Shown: positions 31,501 through 41,176, counted from the first letter of the stretch. The stretch: DNA of 64,000 nucleotides from Rubripirellula sp. (GCA_965216875.1 OZ244207.1:3488001-3552000), one strand, 5' to 3'. A program made the numbers and translations. Notes: generated from the sequence alone by a model not told the origin.

Positions 31501-33014
31501 ACATTCGCATCACGGCGATTCGATTGACGCGACAAATTGGCCTGACACCGTCAGTTGCACTTGCCCCCCTCGCCAACGACAAATCATCGGCCGTTCGACG
31601 CGAACTGCTGGTAGCGCTACGATTTGACGAGTCGCCCTCGATGCCAAAGATCTGGGCGCAACTGGCGGAGGCTCACGATGGAAAAGACCGCTGGTATCTC
31701 GAGGCACTCGGGCTGGCGAGTGACCTACGCGCCGCGGAGTGTTACGACGAATGGCTTGCTGGTGGTGGGCGCGTTGAAACGGCCGCGGGCAGCGACATCG
31801 CTTGGCGAGTCCGCGCTCCGAAAGCGGCCGAGGCAATCGTCAAATTGATTGCCGCTTCAAGCCCCTCGGAGACGCCACGCTATTTCCGCAGCCTCGAATA
31901 CCATGACGCAGAAACTCGCACGGCGGCCCTCAAAAAACTCGTTGCTTTTGCGGCCCCCACCAAGTCCAAAGAAGGGGATGCATTGGTCGTACGTTCGATC
32001 GAACGGATGCAGGGCGTCGATCTTGCGAAAGAACCAGAAATCGCCGCCGCGCTCGAGCGACACTTGAAAGCCGTCGCCGGAACGTCCGAGTACTTTCAAC
32101 TCCTGAAACGCTTCCGACCCGCAGGAATGGAAGACCGATTGGAAGAAATCCTGGTCGCATCGGATAACGACTCGATGCGTGTCGAAGCGGCCGCAATGTT
32201 GGCGGAAACGGCTGACGGCCCCAAGCGTATCCGCACTCGGCTCTTCGGAAAAAACACTCAAGATGCCGCGAGTGTTGCCCGCGTCCTCGGACTGCTCGGC
32301 AATGGACGCTCCGTCCGGATGCTCAGCGACGTCGCAGGCGATGCCGAGCAACCGTTCGATGTTCGCAGTACCGCAGTGAGCGGTTTGGCTCGAAACAAAG
32401 CAGGCGAGAAATCGTTGCTCGAACTTGCGTCGAGCAAGAAGCTCGCAGCCGACACGCGTTTGCTTGCCGGCGGTTTGTTAGCACGTAGTCGGGATGAAGC
32501 GACGAGAAAACGCGCTGCGGAACTGTTGCCGCTGCCAAAACAAAAAGACCAAAAGCCACTCGCGCCACTCGATCAACTGGCCAAGATGAAAGGCAACGTC
32601 AAACACGGCCTCGAGCTTTTCCGTACCAAAGCGACCTGCGCTAACTGCCACAAGGTTGCTGGCGTCGGCAAAGAAGTCGGGCCCGACCTTTCGGAAATCG
32701 GCAGCAAATTGTCGCGTGAAGCGATGTTCACCGCGATCCTCGACCCAAGCGCCGGGATCAGCCACAACTACGAGAACTACCAAGTCCTTACTGACGCAGG
32801 CCAAATGATCAGCGGCCTCAAGATGAGCGAAACGAATGATGAGATTGTCATTCGCACCGCCGAGGCAATCGATCGCAAGATCCCTCGCGACGAAGTAGAA
32901 GGCATCAAAAAGAGCGACAAATCAATCATGCCCGACAACCTTCACCAGCTCGTCGATCAACAGGGCCTTGTCGACATCATTGAGTACATGGTGTCACTCA
33001 AGAAGAAGGGCTAG
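28581..33014 (+). CDS. PVC-type heme-binding (CxxCH) membrane dehydrogenase-like protein with ThuA, NPCBM, propeller and HEAT domains
   Basis: ThuA-like N-terminus, IGAHANS (NPCBM), DDRGRVWV/FRPADV propeller, HEAT repeats, CANCH..VGPDLS. Confidence 0.9.
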   Translation: MMHRNRLRCPYVLIVFIALSSVATPDAEAAEKKNILMMAGKPSHRYGAHEHYAGLKILEEAINASSEQVDVKVVREWPNDDSLVEQADTIVIYCDGGGRHLAMNHRDRLKEKLAEGCGLVCIHYAVEMVPGQPGDDWVEMLGGHFEVNWSVNPHWVAEFETLPEHPISNGVKPFATDDEWYFHMRFSEQGKVTPILAAVAPEHTMSRKDGAHSGNPHVRKSVARGDAQVVAWAYDRKDGGRSFGFTGGHNHWNWGHDDMRRLVANAIRWTAGEDIEPNGSSLGKREVGVKELLENQDYDRPNNFDLDGTIKKFKLKGAAPAEPASNAKAPSNAKARRLHATGIVTAQTKGHREALEVSIKGVKDLFLVATDGGNGYACDWCTWVDPVISGPAGEKSLVDLGWKSASSDYGRVNKNANCSGKPCSIDGQVVNDKCIGAHANSVIRFEIPRGYNKLRVTGALDSGGTSQSGCGQDASVQFLVYADASPKIGRNAGATDGSQREPENAIAGLAVAPGLEATLSASEPQLRSLTNLDIDDRGRVWVCDVMNYRRNNGSRPEGDRILILEDTTGDGVMDKVKTFYQGRDIDSAMGICVLGNEVIVTASPYVWRFIDEDGDDKPDRKEAMFTETGMPQHDHSGHSFLFGPDGKLYWNVGNTGKQVKDKDGNTVVDIHGRAVVDNGKPFYGGMPFRCDLDGSNFEVLAHNFRNNWETTVDSFGTLWQSDNDDDGNRGTRINFVMEHGNYGYRDERTGAGWRDARINMEEEIPLRHWHLNDPGVIPNILQTGAGSPSGICMYEGRLLPKRFWDQVIHCDPGPNVVRAYPTKPDGAGYSASIDPLLTGTTDKWFRPADVCVAPDGSLFVTDWYDPGVGGHRQGDTDRGRLFRIAPPGTKYTVPKFDYSTVDGAIAALRNPNLAVRYKAWMALHKMGGQAEAALLELFQDSNPRIRARALWLLGKIERRGGHYVQLAIKDADPNIRITAIRLTRQIGLTPSVALAPLANDKSSAVRRELLVALRFDESPSMPKIWAQLAEAHDGKDRWYLEALGLASDLRAAECYDEWLAGGGRVETAAGSDIAWRVRAPKAAEAIVKLIAASSPSETPRYFRSLEYHDAETRTAALKKLVAFAAPTKSKEGDALVVRSIERMQGVDLAKEPEIAAALERHLKAVAGTSEYFQLLKRFRPAGMEDRLEEILVASDNDSMRVEAAAMLAETADGPKRIRTRLFGKNTQDAASVARVLGLLGNGRSVRMLSDVAGDAEQPFDVRSTAVSGLARNKAGEKSLLELASSKKLAADTRLLAGGLLARSRDEATRKRAAELLPLPKQKDQKPLAPLDQLAKMKGNVKHGLELFRTKATCANCHKVAGVGKEVGPDLSEIGSKLSREAMFTAILDPSAGISHNYENYQVLTDAGQMISGLKMSETNDEIVIRTAEAIDRKIPRDEVEGIKKSDKSIMPDNLHQLVDQQGLVDIIEYMVSLKKKG

Positions 33015-33132
33015 GACGCGTTTGCGCAACTCGGGCAATGCCCGTGAGCCGCCGGCCGTTAAGCCTCGGGCCCTTGCCGACTCCCAACGAGGGTGAAGGC
33101 AAGTAAGGGCCGGCGGCTGACGCGATCGCGGC

Positions 33133-33870
33133 TCAGTTGTGTGATTGGCCGACAGCGACGGGTGGTTCAACTACTTGAAAGCCCTCGGGCACTTTCATTT
33201 CAAATCGATCTTCATTGAATTCGACCCCGTACTCGATGTCTTTGTAGACGCGTCCAAGGCTTTTTCCCGGCATGAATCTCGTTGGTGTCTTGCTCAGATC
33301 CGAGAGGCGAGTCCTGAACTCTGGATCCGAAATTGGCACCGAAAGCCCAACAAGATCTTTGGATTCGCTGTCGAACCATAGATCGACGTGCGTCGACTCG
33401 AAAACATCCGCCTTCCCACGACTGGTTTCTCGCTGCCCCGTGGCCTTCGTTGGCATGTCCTTGATAAAGTTTGCCATCCACTTGAGCATGCTTACGTCGC
33501 CATAGACGTGTATCGGATGCTCGAGCCAGGTCGCTGTCTTCGACTTCATGTCCAAATACAGCTGTTTCTTTCCCTTGTTGTCAACGATGTGCACCGACTT
33601 TACTTTCCCTTGTTCATCCAGAGCCGTGTGTCGCCAAAAACTCGGAGTACGATGCTCCACGTGATCGACGTGACCGACATCCATTGAATCGTCGTCGGCT
33701 TTTTGGAAAGACATCAGCGTGTACTTGAGAGTTTTCGAATCCTCGATGGCTTGACGAGTTCCCAGGTAGGCAATGTCATGTTTCGCTGGTTCTTCTTGGG
33801 CGTTTGAGACGTCGGAACAAAGAGCAATCGCCAGCAGAGACAACAAGCTGATCATTCGATGCGTCGCCAT
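33133..33870 (-). CDS. Cassette gene: secreted LolA-like-fold hypothetical protein
   Basis: Signal peptide from MATHRM; C-terminal FEMKVPEGF. Confidence 0.65.
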   Translation of the reverse strand: MATHRMISLLSLLAIALCSDVSNAQEEPAKHDIAYLGTRQAIEDSKTLKYTLMSFQKADDDSMDVGHVDHVEHRTPSFWRHTALDEQGKVKSVHIVDNKGKKQLYLDMKSKTATWLEHPIHVYGDVSMLKWMANFIKDMPTKATGQRETSRGKADVFESTHVDLWFDSESKDLVGLSVPISDPEFRTRLSDLSKTPTRFMPGKSLGRVYKDIEYGVEFNEDRFEMKVPEGFQVVEPPVAVGQSHN

Positions 33871-33911
33871 AAGAGACTCGACTTGAGGATGGTCAAAACC
33901 ACGATTTGCTT

Positions 33912-33975
33912 CCAGAACGCCGAACATCACTGGGCCAGGAAGGTTGAGTGTCCGGCACACATCGCTTGCTCGACG
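33912..33975 (-). repeat. Half attC (degenerate)
   Basis: GAACGCCGAACATCACTGGGCC matches one arm of the family; the other arm is missing. Confidence 0.45.
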
Positions 33976-33980
33976 CCTGC

Positions 33981-34487
33981 CTACTGGAAGATTGGGTAGT
34001 CAGGGAACTCAAAATACCGAGGCACATCAGGTTTTTGAGCGTCATTGTGCTTCACAGCAACGACCGAGTCGAACCTTTCGATAGAGTCAACGTGCAAATA
34101 GATCGTGGGGCGAGCTTGACGATGTATCGAGGGTGCAAGGAGGGCTCCCGCTTGGCCCCGAACAGTCACGCGTTTCCCCTCAAAGTGCTGACGAATATCG
34201 GCAATACCAACCCGTTTTAGCGAGGCGACCACGGAAGGGACAAGCAAGACTCGAAAGCGAGCGTCCTCGGCCGCATCAAGCCAACAGTCGGGTTGCCCTG
34301 ACAGCGAGGACAATGTGACCTGACTGACTGTGAAACAAACAGCTTGTTGACTTGTGTCCAACGACTCTGCGTTTCCCTCGCACCACTGCGTCGGATTCAT
34401 GGCCCGACTTGGCGAATCAGCCTTTGAACGATGCAAAGGATGCGAGACGAGGGATGCGAGAAGCAGCGAAAAAGCGATTCGATTCAT
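33981..34487 (-). CDS. Cassette gene: secreted OB-fold-like protein
   Basis: HFEGKRVTVRG; N-terminal signal-like sequence. Confidence 0.55.
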   Translation of the reverse strand: MNRIAFSLLLASLVSHPLHRSKADSPSRAMNPTQWCEGNAESLDTSQQAVCFTVSQVTLSSLSGQPDCWLDAAEDARFRVLLVPSVVASLKRVGIADIRQHFEGKRVTVRGQAGALLAPSIHRQARPTIYLHVDSIERFDSVVAVKHNDAQKPDVPRYFEFPDYPIFQ

Positions 34488-34747
34488 GGCAGATCCCGCC
34501 GGTTAGGTTTTACAGATGCAGAGCAGTTCAATTCACACTCGACGGCCTGACAACTTATCTCCGATGACGGCTACGTTTGAGCTCGTTGGAACACCAATCC
34601 AAACGTCATCAGGCACGTTAACGTCAACGTCACCAGCAAGGTCAATAGGTACTGTCGCCGACGCGAGACGGCGCCTCCATCGTACCGGTTTGCCGATACA
34701 ACGCCGAGAGCGAACCCACTCGATCCCAGGCAGCAACGTCGATCTCT

Positions 34748-35323
34748 TCATCGCGTGCCGATTTCAGGATCAGGCTTTGCATAATAGAACAGGAAGTAAG
34801 ACGATTCGCCCTCGGAAATGACAGCTAGCTTGGACGAACTGCTACCGGAGTCATCGTTCGCTCGCGTGTCGATCGCCAGCATGGATTCGACGTTCTGGTC
34901 TGAATATCGATAGTGGTCTCCATCGGTGAGTGGTTCAAACGAGTGGTTGGTGATGTGCGATTCGCCGGCCCTGAGTGTGCCAAGATTGACTTCTAAGAAT
35001 CGCTTCTTAAGCCCGTCGTCAATGTCACCGCGAAATACAGCCATTTGTTCCATCGCAGTGATGTCCCCACCATCAAACGCCAGTTGATATGCCTTGGCGA
35101 GGTTTTCTTTGCTCGTGGCGGGGAGCATTGTGCGGGCCTCTTCAACGACAATCTTGCGTTTCGCAGCCTGCTCGGCATCACTCTTGGCGTTGACGCGAGC
35201 CCACATTGCATCGCGTTTGGACTGGAATGAATCTTCGGCGGATTTTTGATCGCAACCGAGAGCTAGCAGGAAAAGGGCAACGATAGAAGCGAGTGCTGGA
35301 AGCTGAGTGATTCGTGATTTCAT
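34748..35323 (-). CDS. Cassette gene: lipoprotein
   Basis: Lipobox LALGC after a hydrophobic stretch. Confidence 0.7.
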   Translation of the reverse strand: MKSRITQLPALASIVALFLLALGCDQKSAEDSFQSKRDAMWARVNAKSDAEQAAKRKIVVEEARTMLPATSKENLAKAYQLAFDGGDITAMEQMAVFRGDIDDGLKKRFLEVNLGTLRAGESHITNHSFEPLTDGDHYRYSDQNVESMLAIDTRANDDSGSSSSKLAVISEGESSYFLFYYAKPDPEIGTR

Positions 35324-35364
35324 GAGGCAAGCGAAACTCAAGTTGGATTGCTCAGAATGAGGCC

Positions 35365-35454
35365 AGGTAACGATGCTAGGCATCGGGCGTGCGTGGTGGA
35401 TTGTTGATCAACAAAGAGCGAAACCGTGTACTCCGGCCTACGCGATGGTCAGTG
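35365..35454 (-). repeat. attC (moderately degenerate)
   Basis: GTAAC..TAGGC....GCCTA.GCGATGGTCAG, 90 bp; overlaps the stop of the upstream ORF. Confidence 0.65.
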
Positions 35455-36027
35455 TTCTTCGACGCTCGAAGAATCTGCCACCAAGTATACGATCTCGATG
35501 AGGTACGAACCGACACCGAAGACCAACAGATGCGAGAGCCCGATCAATACAACAGAAGCCTGCGTCGGAATGGCGAATTGAACGATGGCCGCACAAAGAC
35601 CGCAGAAGCACGACAGGAATGCGATGATCACTACGAAGAACGTCACTAACTGCGATCGTGCATGAGGAAGCTGCTTGAGGTAATTGCGCGACCCCACATA
35701 TGCGAGCTGAGCAGTTGCGAGAAGGTAGAAAGATGCGCCCACTAGTAGCAACGCCCAAAAGCTGGGGAGTCCCGTGCTGTAGGCGACAACAGACGCGACA
35801 AACAACGTTGCCGATAGTGCGACATAGAGGCGAGCGTAGAATCGGAATCCCCGTGCCAGTATCAATCTCGCTTCCAGTTCACTCGAATCAGCGGACACGG
35901 GCTTGCCATGCAGCGCCAGAATCAAACGCCACCAGAGCGAGTACGCACCTGTATCACGAAATGCATCTCGGACTTGAGGAGGACTTCGGACTATCTCAGC
36001 GAATTTCATTATTCCAAACACCCTCAC
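35449..36027 (-). CDS. Cassette gene: membrane protein
   Basis: 4 TM segments. Confidence 0.65.
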   Translation of the reverse strand: MRVFGIMKFAEIVRSPPQVRDAFRDTGAYSLWWRLILALHGKPVSADSSELEARLILARGFRFYARLYVALSATLFVASVVAYSTGLPSFWALLLVGASFYLLATAQLAYVGSRNYLKQLPHARSQLVTFFVVIIAFLSCFCGLCAAIVQFAIPTQASVVLIGLSHLLVFGVGSYLIEIVYLVADSSSVEEH

Positions 36028-36069
36028 GGATTACGTGGACGCCACAAGCGAAAGTCCCTGACAGGTCAG

Positions 36070-36156
36070 TTGTACTGGGAGCGTAGGGGTCCATCATTTA
36101 GCATTCATTGTCGAGGTAAGAAGACTCGCGTCCTTCGCTGCAAGTCGTTGTTACCG
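36070..36156 (-). repeat. attC (degenerate)
   Basis: Arm CCTTCGCTGCAAGTCGTTGTTACC retained; the other arm is eroded. Confidence 0.45.
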
Positions 36157-36182
36157 GCATTCTTCGTTGCATCAAGTAGCAA

Positions 36183-37085
36183 TCACTCAAGTGCGTTCGC
36201 AAAAGTACTCTTCAACCGCCGGTTAATGATTCGCAGGGGAATTCCGTACGATACATTTTGACGCTCGGCGAGGGCAAGCAAGTCGTTGAACGTCACACGA
36301 ATGCTCCCGTCATCCGCCTCCCAGATCAACAGTTTTTGGCAAAAGGCATCAAGACCCAGTGTTGGTGCATTCGCCATTGCCTTGCCGCCTGGACCAGGAC
36401 CACCAAATAGAATCATTCGCGATGGTCGAGTGACGGAAACATGCTCTTTCGACCGTTCGGCGAAATCAATCGTGCCAAAGATCACGGTATCGCCCTGTGC
36501 GTTGATCGCCGATGTAACGCGCTGCAATGTTTCGTCGAAGTTGTACGGACTCTCAAGCGTGACAAGTCCTGAATCGGGCATTGCATCGGAACGAAATTCA
36601 GCGATCTCCTCAGCTGGAACGCCTTTCATCGCCAATGCGATCGAATCGCTATATCGTGATCGAAGAGCTTCATCGTCTGGCAATGAATGGCGTCTCGACA
36701 AGAATTCGTAGCGATTGGCGAGAACTCGGGCACTGCCGGACTCTTGGTCCTCGTACACCAGAACCCTAAACGGAAGGTCGATTGCCGCGATCGGATTCTT
36801 CTCGATGATGGCGGCGTCAAAGGACGGATCGGAAAAGATCAAGACATGCGAAGGAGGCATCGGTGATCTTGCTTCGGCCCCGAGTCGAGAATGATCAATG
36901 TCTACGATCACATCCAGTTCGCTACGACTGCGGACGTTGGCTTGGACGACACCGAAAATGCGGTCCGTTTCGAGATAACGTTCGGCCGAAACGGCTTCCG
37001 ATTTGCGCAAAACAAGCCACAGCGTCGTCGCGATGAACACGGCCAGCACAATGACAATCAGATTGCGCAGTGCTTTGCGACTCAT
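36183..37085 (-). CDS. Cassette gene: tandem DUF302-like protein
   Basis: Two IDH/IDF..LIF..P repeats; AIDLPFRVLVYED. Confidence 0.75.
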   Translation of the reverse strand: MSRKALRNLIVIVLAVFIATTLWLVLRKSEAVSAERYLETDRIFGVVQANVRSRSELDVIVDIDHSRLGAEARSPMPPSHVLIFSDPSFDAAIIEKNPIAAIDLPFRVLVYEDQESGSARVLANRYEFLSRRHSLPDDEALRSRYSDSIALAMKGVPAEEIAEFRSDAMPDSGLVTLESPYNFDETLQRVTSAINAQGDTVIFGTIDFAERSKEHVSVTRPSRMILFGGPGPGGKAMANAPTLGLDAFCQKLLIWEADDGSIRVTFNDLLALAERQNVSYGIPLRIINRRLKSTFANALE

Positions 37086-37086
37086 T

Positions 37087-37124
37087 GTTCCTTGCTCACG
37101 TAAATGGTTCCTTGCTCACGTAAA
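37087..37124 (+). repeat. 18 bp direct duplication
   Basis: GTTCCTTGCTCACGTAAA twice, duplicating the RBS region of the DUF302-like gene. Confidence 0.8.
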
Positions 37125-37135
37125 GCCCTCAAAGA

Positions 37136-37226
37136 GACAAACGGCGGCGTTGACTGAGGACCGTCAATGCGGCAGCCATCTGGCTGAACGCGACACGCCG
37201 TCCTTCGATCGATGTCATGGTTCGCT
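37136..37226 (-). repeat. attC
   Basis: AAACGGCGGCGTTGACTGAGGACC...GTCCTTCGATCGATGTCATGGTTCG. Confidence 0.7.
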
Positions 37227-37271
37227 GGTGGTAGCGGTGCGTCTAGCTCTAAGTGTCATGCATCCGGCTGC

Positions 37272-37380
37272 CACTCTCCCTTGGGCCCTTGGGAGAGTCG
37301 GGCTCTCAGGCCCGGAGAGGGGCACCGCGAATGGCCCTCCCCGGGCTTTAGGCCCGACCCTCCCACAAGTGAGAGGGTAA
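37272..37380. repeat. Composite palindromic repeat, copy 2 (inside the array)
   Basis: Reverse complement of 3572-3680. Confidence 0.8.
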
Positions 37381-37784
37381 TTCCTGTTGAAACAATGTGT
37401 GACATTTAGAGCGAGATCAAGCAGTAGCAGACCGAAGCACCGATTGCTTCGCAACGTTCATCAACCCTATCGAACGCATCGTCGCGCGCCAAATCCGACC
37501 GCGCACTCGAATCCGAAGAGCACGTGTTTCGCTCGTTTCGAGTATTTCGCGATTGCCCAACTGTCACCACATCGATTTGTGTTGTGCGGAATGAATGGAA
37601 CCGCGAAAGATGCGAAATTGGCGAAAAAGCTGCTTTGATGGGCGGCTTAAGACGGGAGCGACCAGGTTTTCCATCACCGTCAACGGAGGACGCTGGCAAA
37701 CGAGCATCGCGATTAATTCCGAGCGCATCATCAGTGTCGATTAGCGTGAATCAGTGTTCCGTTCGCGCGCATCGCAAGGAACAC

Positions 37785-37872
37785 TGATCGACGACGTCAC
37801 CGAGGACCGCCAATTTGGTTGCCGGTCGTAAGCGCGCCCCGCGCGGCGCTTCGGCGCACGACATTGTCACCT
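37785..37872 (-). repeat. attC (degenerate)
   Basis: GTCACCGAGGACCGCCAAT...TTCGGCGCACGACATTGTCAC; overlaps the ORF stop. Confidence 0.6.
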
Positions 37873-38712
37873 GTGCTTTGAAGCGTGGATTGACTCCGCC
37901 ACAGCCGAAACGGCGCAAACAACAACATCTTTGTCACAGCCATAGAGACTCGCGAAACTAAAACCGCCTACCTCGAGCAAACGATATTCGCTGTCGGCAG
38001 TTCGGCAAACATCAACTACCCAGACCGGGTCGGGTTGATAACCTGCGGTCGCAACAGACCGGGCAAATTCCAGTGCAGCCGGATCCTCAGACGGTAGCGC
38101 AACCTCTTCTCCATCATCGACATACTTGGAGCCAGTGACGACCTCGCCATTTGCAACGACATATCGCCACTCCGCGACGATCCGCTTGGGAGAGCTAACG
38201 ACGACCAACGAATCGGTGGGAAATTCGTAGAACCCCATGTACTCGAAGTCCTTGTCGAAAGTCTCGCGAGATATCGTCAATCCAGTAAAGATCTTCAGCG
38301 GTGAATCCGGGCGCACGAACAGCTGGCCGTCTGAACCGAGCGCGTCAAAAAGGAAGCCACGGCAACGTGGAAGTTCGGCGTCTGGCAACATGATGCAGTC
38401 GCGATTCAATAGAAACCGACCAAAGTGTTCGTAGTAGTGCGAGCAGAAGAAACGGGGCACGGTCGCGAACGCCCCCGGCGTCCAGAGGTTGTCATTCCTA
38501 ACACGTGAAACCAAGTCGATGTCAGCGTGTGCGACGACACAGGCGCCTCGGGGAAACGCTTTGCGATACGAAGAACGAACGTCGTCCCATTCGTAAGGAG
38601 GGTTAGGTCGATTAACCGAAGCGACCTCGTGCCCGTTGCGTGTAACAGCTGCGGCAAGTTCGTCATGGTACGAATCAAAGACACCCGCATCGATAAGCCA
38701 GCCAACCATCAT
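37867..38712 (-). CDS. Cassette gene: ATP-grasp protein (DUF4343/R2K-like)
   Basis: FVRPDSPLKIFTG, EWRYVV..G.VV.GS.Y, VVDVC, LLEV..FS.ASLY. Confidence 0.8.
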   Translation of the reverse strand: MMVGWLIDAGVFDSYHDELAAAVTRNGHEVASVNRPNPPYEWDDVRSSYRKAFPRGACVVAHADIDLVSRVRNDNLWTPGAFATVPRFFCSHYYEHFGRFLLNRDCIMLPDAELPRCRGFLFDALGSDGQLFVRPDSPLKIFTGLTISRETFDKDFEYMGFYEFPTDSLVVVSSPKRIVAEWRYVVANGEVVTGSKYVDDGEEVALPSEDPAALEFARSVATAGYQPDPVWVVDVCRTADSEYRLLEVGGFSFASLYGCDKDVVVCAVSAVAESIHASKHR

Positions 38713-38724
38713 TCAATCTTCATC

Positions 38725-38920
38725 GAGTAACGACCGCGATCACCGGGCCGCGGCAATCGACCTGCCTAGGCGAAAGACACCAATAGCAATCGCGAGCAAG
38801 AGCCAACGTCGAGCAGTCCGCCGAGAGTGACCACTTGTCATCAGATTTGACGACGTGATGAGGACATTTGCTCGTTTGCCGAAGCGCCCGGCAGCCCTTC
38901 GGAGAATGTCATGGTTCGCT
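38725..38920 (-). repeat. Two partial attC remnants
   Basis: GTAACGACCGCGATCACCGGGCCG (one arm) and TTCGGAGAATGTCATGGTTCG (other arm). Confidence 0.55.
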
Positions 38921-39073
38921 GATAGAGAGAAGCAACCGTCGCCCCCAAACGTGCGACAGCATCGAAAAACAAATCGATCGCCTCCATCAGTGTCGAATAG
39001 CGTCGATCAGTGTTCCGACAGCGCTCATTACATCAAGACGGTGTGTGCTTCGCGTCAATTGCAACCTCCTTAA

Positions 39074-39205
39074 TCGTAACCTTTCGAATCACGGGGTCGC
39101 CACGAGCAATCCTCGACTTCAACAACCACGATTCGCCAATCGTCAACCGGCCATTTGCATTCAGTACATCGCGGGGTACGCAATCATTCATCCGACGGTG
39201 GTTGT
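39074..39205 (-). repeat. Fused attC remnant
   Basis: GTAACCTTTCGAATCACGGGGTCGCCACGAGCAATCCTCGACTTCAA closely resembles the attC at 45912. Confidence 0.65.
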
Positions 39206-39213
39206 GTTTGTGG

Positions 39214-39420
39214 TTAGATGCCCGACAGGAAATCGATCAGCGACTCAACGGGCGATTGCCCGGGTGCCCAAGTCCACCCGAAGTGTATCCGGACTGCGCG
39301 GATGCCGGCCGGAAGTAGAATGAAAAATGCAATCAGAAGAAGCCAGAACCAGCGTCGCTTGCGCCCTCGATCTCTGCCGGGCGTGTCGCTCGTTTCGTTG
39401 TGTGCCGTTAGTTTCGACAT
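39214..39420 (-). CDS. Cassette gene: small membrane protein
   Basis: MSKLTAH...RKRRWFWLLLIAFFILL; ATG about 10 nt from an ATAAC core. Confidence 0.5.
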   Translation of the reverse strand: MSKLTAHNETSDTPGRDRGRKRRWFWLLLIAFFILLPAGIRAVRIHFGWTWAPGQSPVESLIDFLSGI

Positions 39421-39484
39421 GAGTGTACCAATAACGCGTGCAGTCACATCAAAATCGCAGCCTGCGGAACGTTCCAGCCCGACA

Positions 39485-39572
39485 AATCGTAACAATCACC
39501 CGGCCGCGGCGTGCGACCCAATCACAGAGTAGCCTCGACTCCGTGTGTTCGTGTGCATCGGTAGTTTCGCCG
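39485..39572 (-). repeat. attC (degenerate)
   Basis: AATCACCCGGCCG...GTGTGCATCGGTAGTTTCG. Confidence 0.55.
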
Positions 39573-39676
39573 CTCTGTTCCGAAGGGCCGTCGACCATCG
39601 CCGATGACAGTTCCTTGCTTGTTTCGCCGGCGGGAAACTCGGCCGCTGCGAAAAAGGCGACCACCGCCGCTCCCTA

Positions 39677-40135
39677 TCACCGCTGTTTCGGCCCATCGCC
39701 GCGTTCCGATGGTAGTGTGGTTGGGACCGACGCCCCAAAAGCCTCGTTCCATACCGAACGAATGAAAGGAGTAATCATGAAGTACTCCTCGGCGTTGGAG
39801 GCGTCGAAGCAGCACCAGCGGTACAGCAAGTGGGCAAGTGTATCAGAATCGATAATCAGGATGCGGCGGAGCTGCTCGAGTGTAGCGTCACCAACCGAGC
39901 CGAGTGCGAGGCCCTCGTCCACCGAGCCAATGGTTATCGCAGCCAATGCAAAACGGAAGTTGGAGTCCGGATCGTTGACGTCGTACCCAGCGATAAAGTC
40001 GTTGGCGCGAGCAGGGTCGGCGAGAATGTGCTCCCAGTCCTGATCATGCACACCGTAGGGAAGATCGAATTGACGTTCAACGCGACGGCACGCATCGGGA
40101 ACGGTAAAGCGATCCGAAGGCTCACGAATGGTCAT
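39677..40135 (-). CDS. Cassette gene: hypothetical protein (immunity-like)
   Basis: QDWEHILADP.R...F...Y; acidic alpha-helical protein. Confidence 0.65.
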   Translation of the reverse strand: MTIREPSDRFTVPDACRRVERQFDLPYGVHDQDWEHILADPARANDFIAGYDVNDPDSNFRFALAAITIGSVDEGLALGSVGDATLEQLRRILIIDSDTLAHLLYRWCCFDASNAEEYFMITPFIRSVWNEAFGASVPTTLPSERGDGPKQR

Positions 40136-40205
40136 GAAGTAGCAAGCATGTCAGTCGAGTAACAGAATCATCCCTCTCCGCTTGATTCAATCTGCGCAAT
40201 TACGT

Positions 40206-40439
40206 TCAAGGACTCTTGCGATCTGAGAGGACGTCTACAATGATCGATGGTGAACTTCCTTGCCGCTCGTATTCTCCGATTGCCATCTGGACAGCTTCTA
40301 CATCCCCGTCTTGGAGAGCCTCGCCAATAAGCCGAAATGCTGCATTGCTATGGGCGTCTCGCAATTTGATCTCCACGGCATACGCGTAAATCACGGCAAT
40401 CAGGAACAGAATCAATCCTGCGATTAATAAGATTCGCAT
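40206..40439 (-). CDS. Cassette gene: small membrane-anchored protein
   Basis: MRILLIAGLILFLIAVIYAY; followed by a short GTAAC...GTTC remnant at ~40157-40210. Confidence 0.55.
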   Translation of the reverse strand: MRILLIAGLILFLIAVIYAYAVEIKLRDAHSNAAFRLIGEALQDGDVEAVQMAIGEYERQGSSPSIIVDVLSDRKSP

Positions 40440-40508
40440 CGAGATATTAAAGATCCTTCTCCCGTTTCCAGGCAAAGGGAGGTTGTCCTCTTGTGCTCCA
40501 CTTCTGTC

Positions 40509-40597
40509 GGGTAACGACCGCGATGACCGAGTCTCAGAATTGTGGTGTCCCAGTAAAAAGTCCCTACCCGCGACTTCGGTCCATCGCTTGGTTCTGC
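40509..40597 (-). repeat. attC
   Basis: GGGTAAC GACCGC GATGACCGAGTC...GACTTCGGTCCATC GCTTG GTTCTGC, 89 bp. Confidence 0.88.
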
Positions 40598-41166
40598 CTT
40601 CTTTTGCGGCTTGCCTCAAGCAACGGCAAGCATATGTCTTCCTCAAGCCAGAAACAATCACGTCGTGCTCGGTCATGCTTCCACCCGCGATCAATGGCAG
40701 CGTCGATGAACGCCTTCGCCAGATCCTCCGTGCAATCGTCGCGGGTGATGGTGCAGTAGGTGGCCAATAGTTGGCCCTTGGGATGCCCCACATTCTTGAT
40801 CTTCAAATGAAGTCCACCCTTTGCGTCCGGGTACCAAGAGAATTGATCGCCCCTGTAATCAAGGATGCGTGGGAATCCGTAAAAGCAATCAAGGACGCGT
40901 TCATCGGTGAGTCCCGTATCTTGATCATCGTTCCCGTGCGGATCCCAGCCGTGCTCCAACGCGACATCGATCAGACGCCGAACGATTGCGGGCGTTACGT
41001 CGCCGTCGTAGTCGCAGCGAGCAAACAGTGATGGTCCGTTGGGATTGTCATCGGCAACAACGGTCACGGTCCGCGTCCATGGACAGTCCATGTCGTAGTG
41101 GAAGCGCCAGCGGAACACTTGCTCGCGGACCGTAATGCGATTCGAGTTTCGTTTTGGAGAAGCCAT
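40564..41166 (-). CDS. Cassette gene: hypothetical protein with an internally duplicated domain
   Basis: VTPAIVRRLIDVALEHGWDP and CTEDLAKAFIDAAIDRGWKH repeats; reads into attC. Confidence 0.7.
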   Translation of the reverse strand: MASPKRNSNRITVREQVFRWRFHYDMDCPWTRTVTVVADDNPNGPSLFARCDYDGDVTPAIVRRLIDVALEHGWDPHGNDDQDTGLTDERVLDCFYGFPRILDYRGDQFSWYPDAKGGLHLKIKNVGHPKGQLLATYCTITRDDCTEDLAKAFIDAAIDRGWKHDRARRDCFWLEEDICLPLLEASRKRRQNQAMDRSRG

Positions 41167-41176
41167 CAACGCTTGG

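Noticed and set aside
34690..34755. Possible attC remnant (CAACGCCG...TTCATCGCGTG)
   Set aside because: Too degenerate to support by eye
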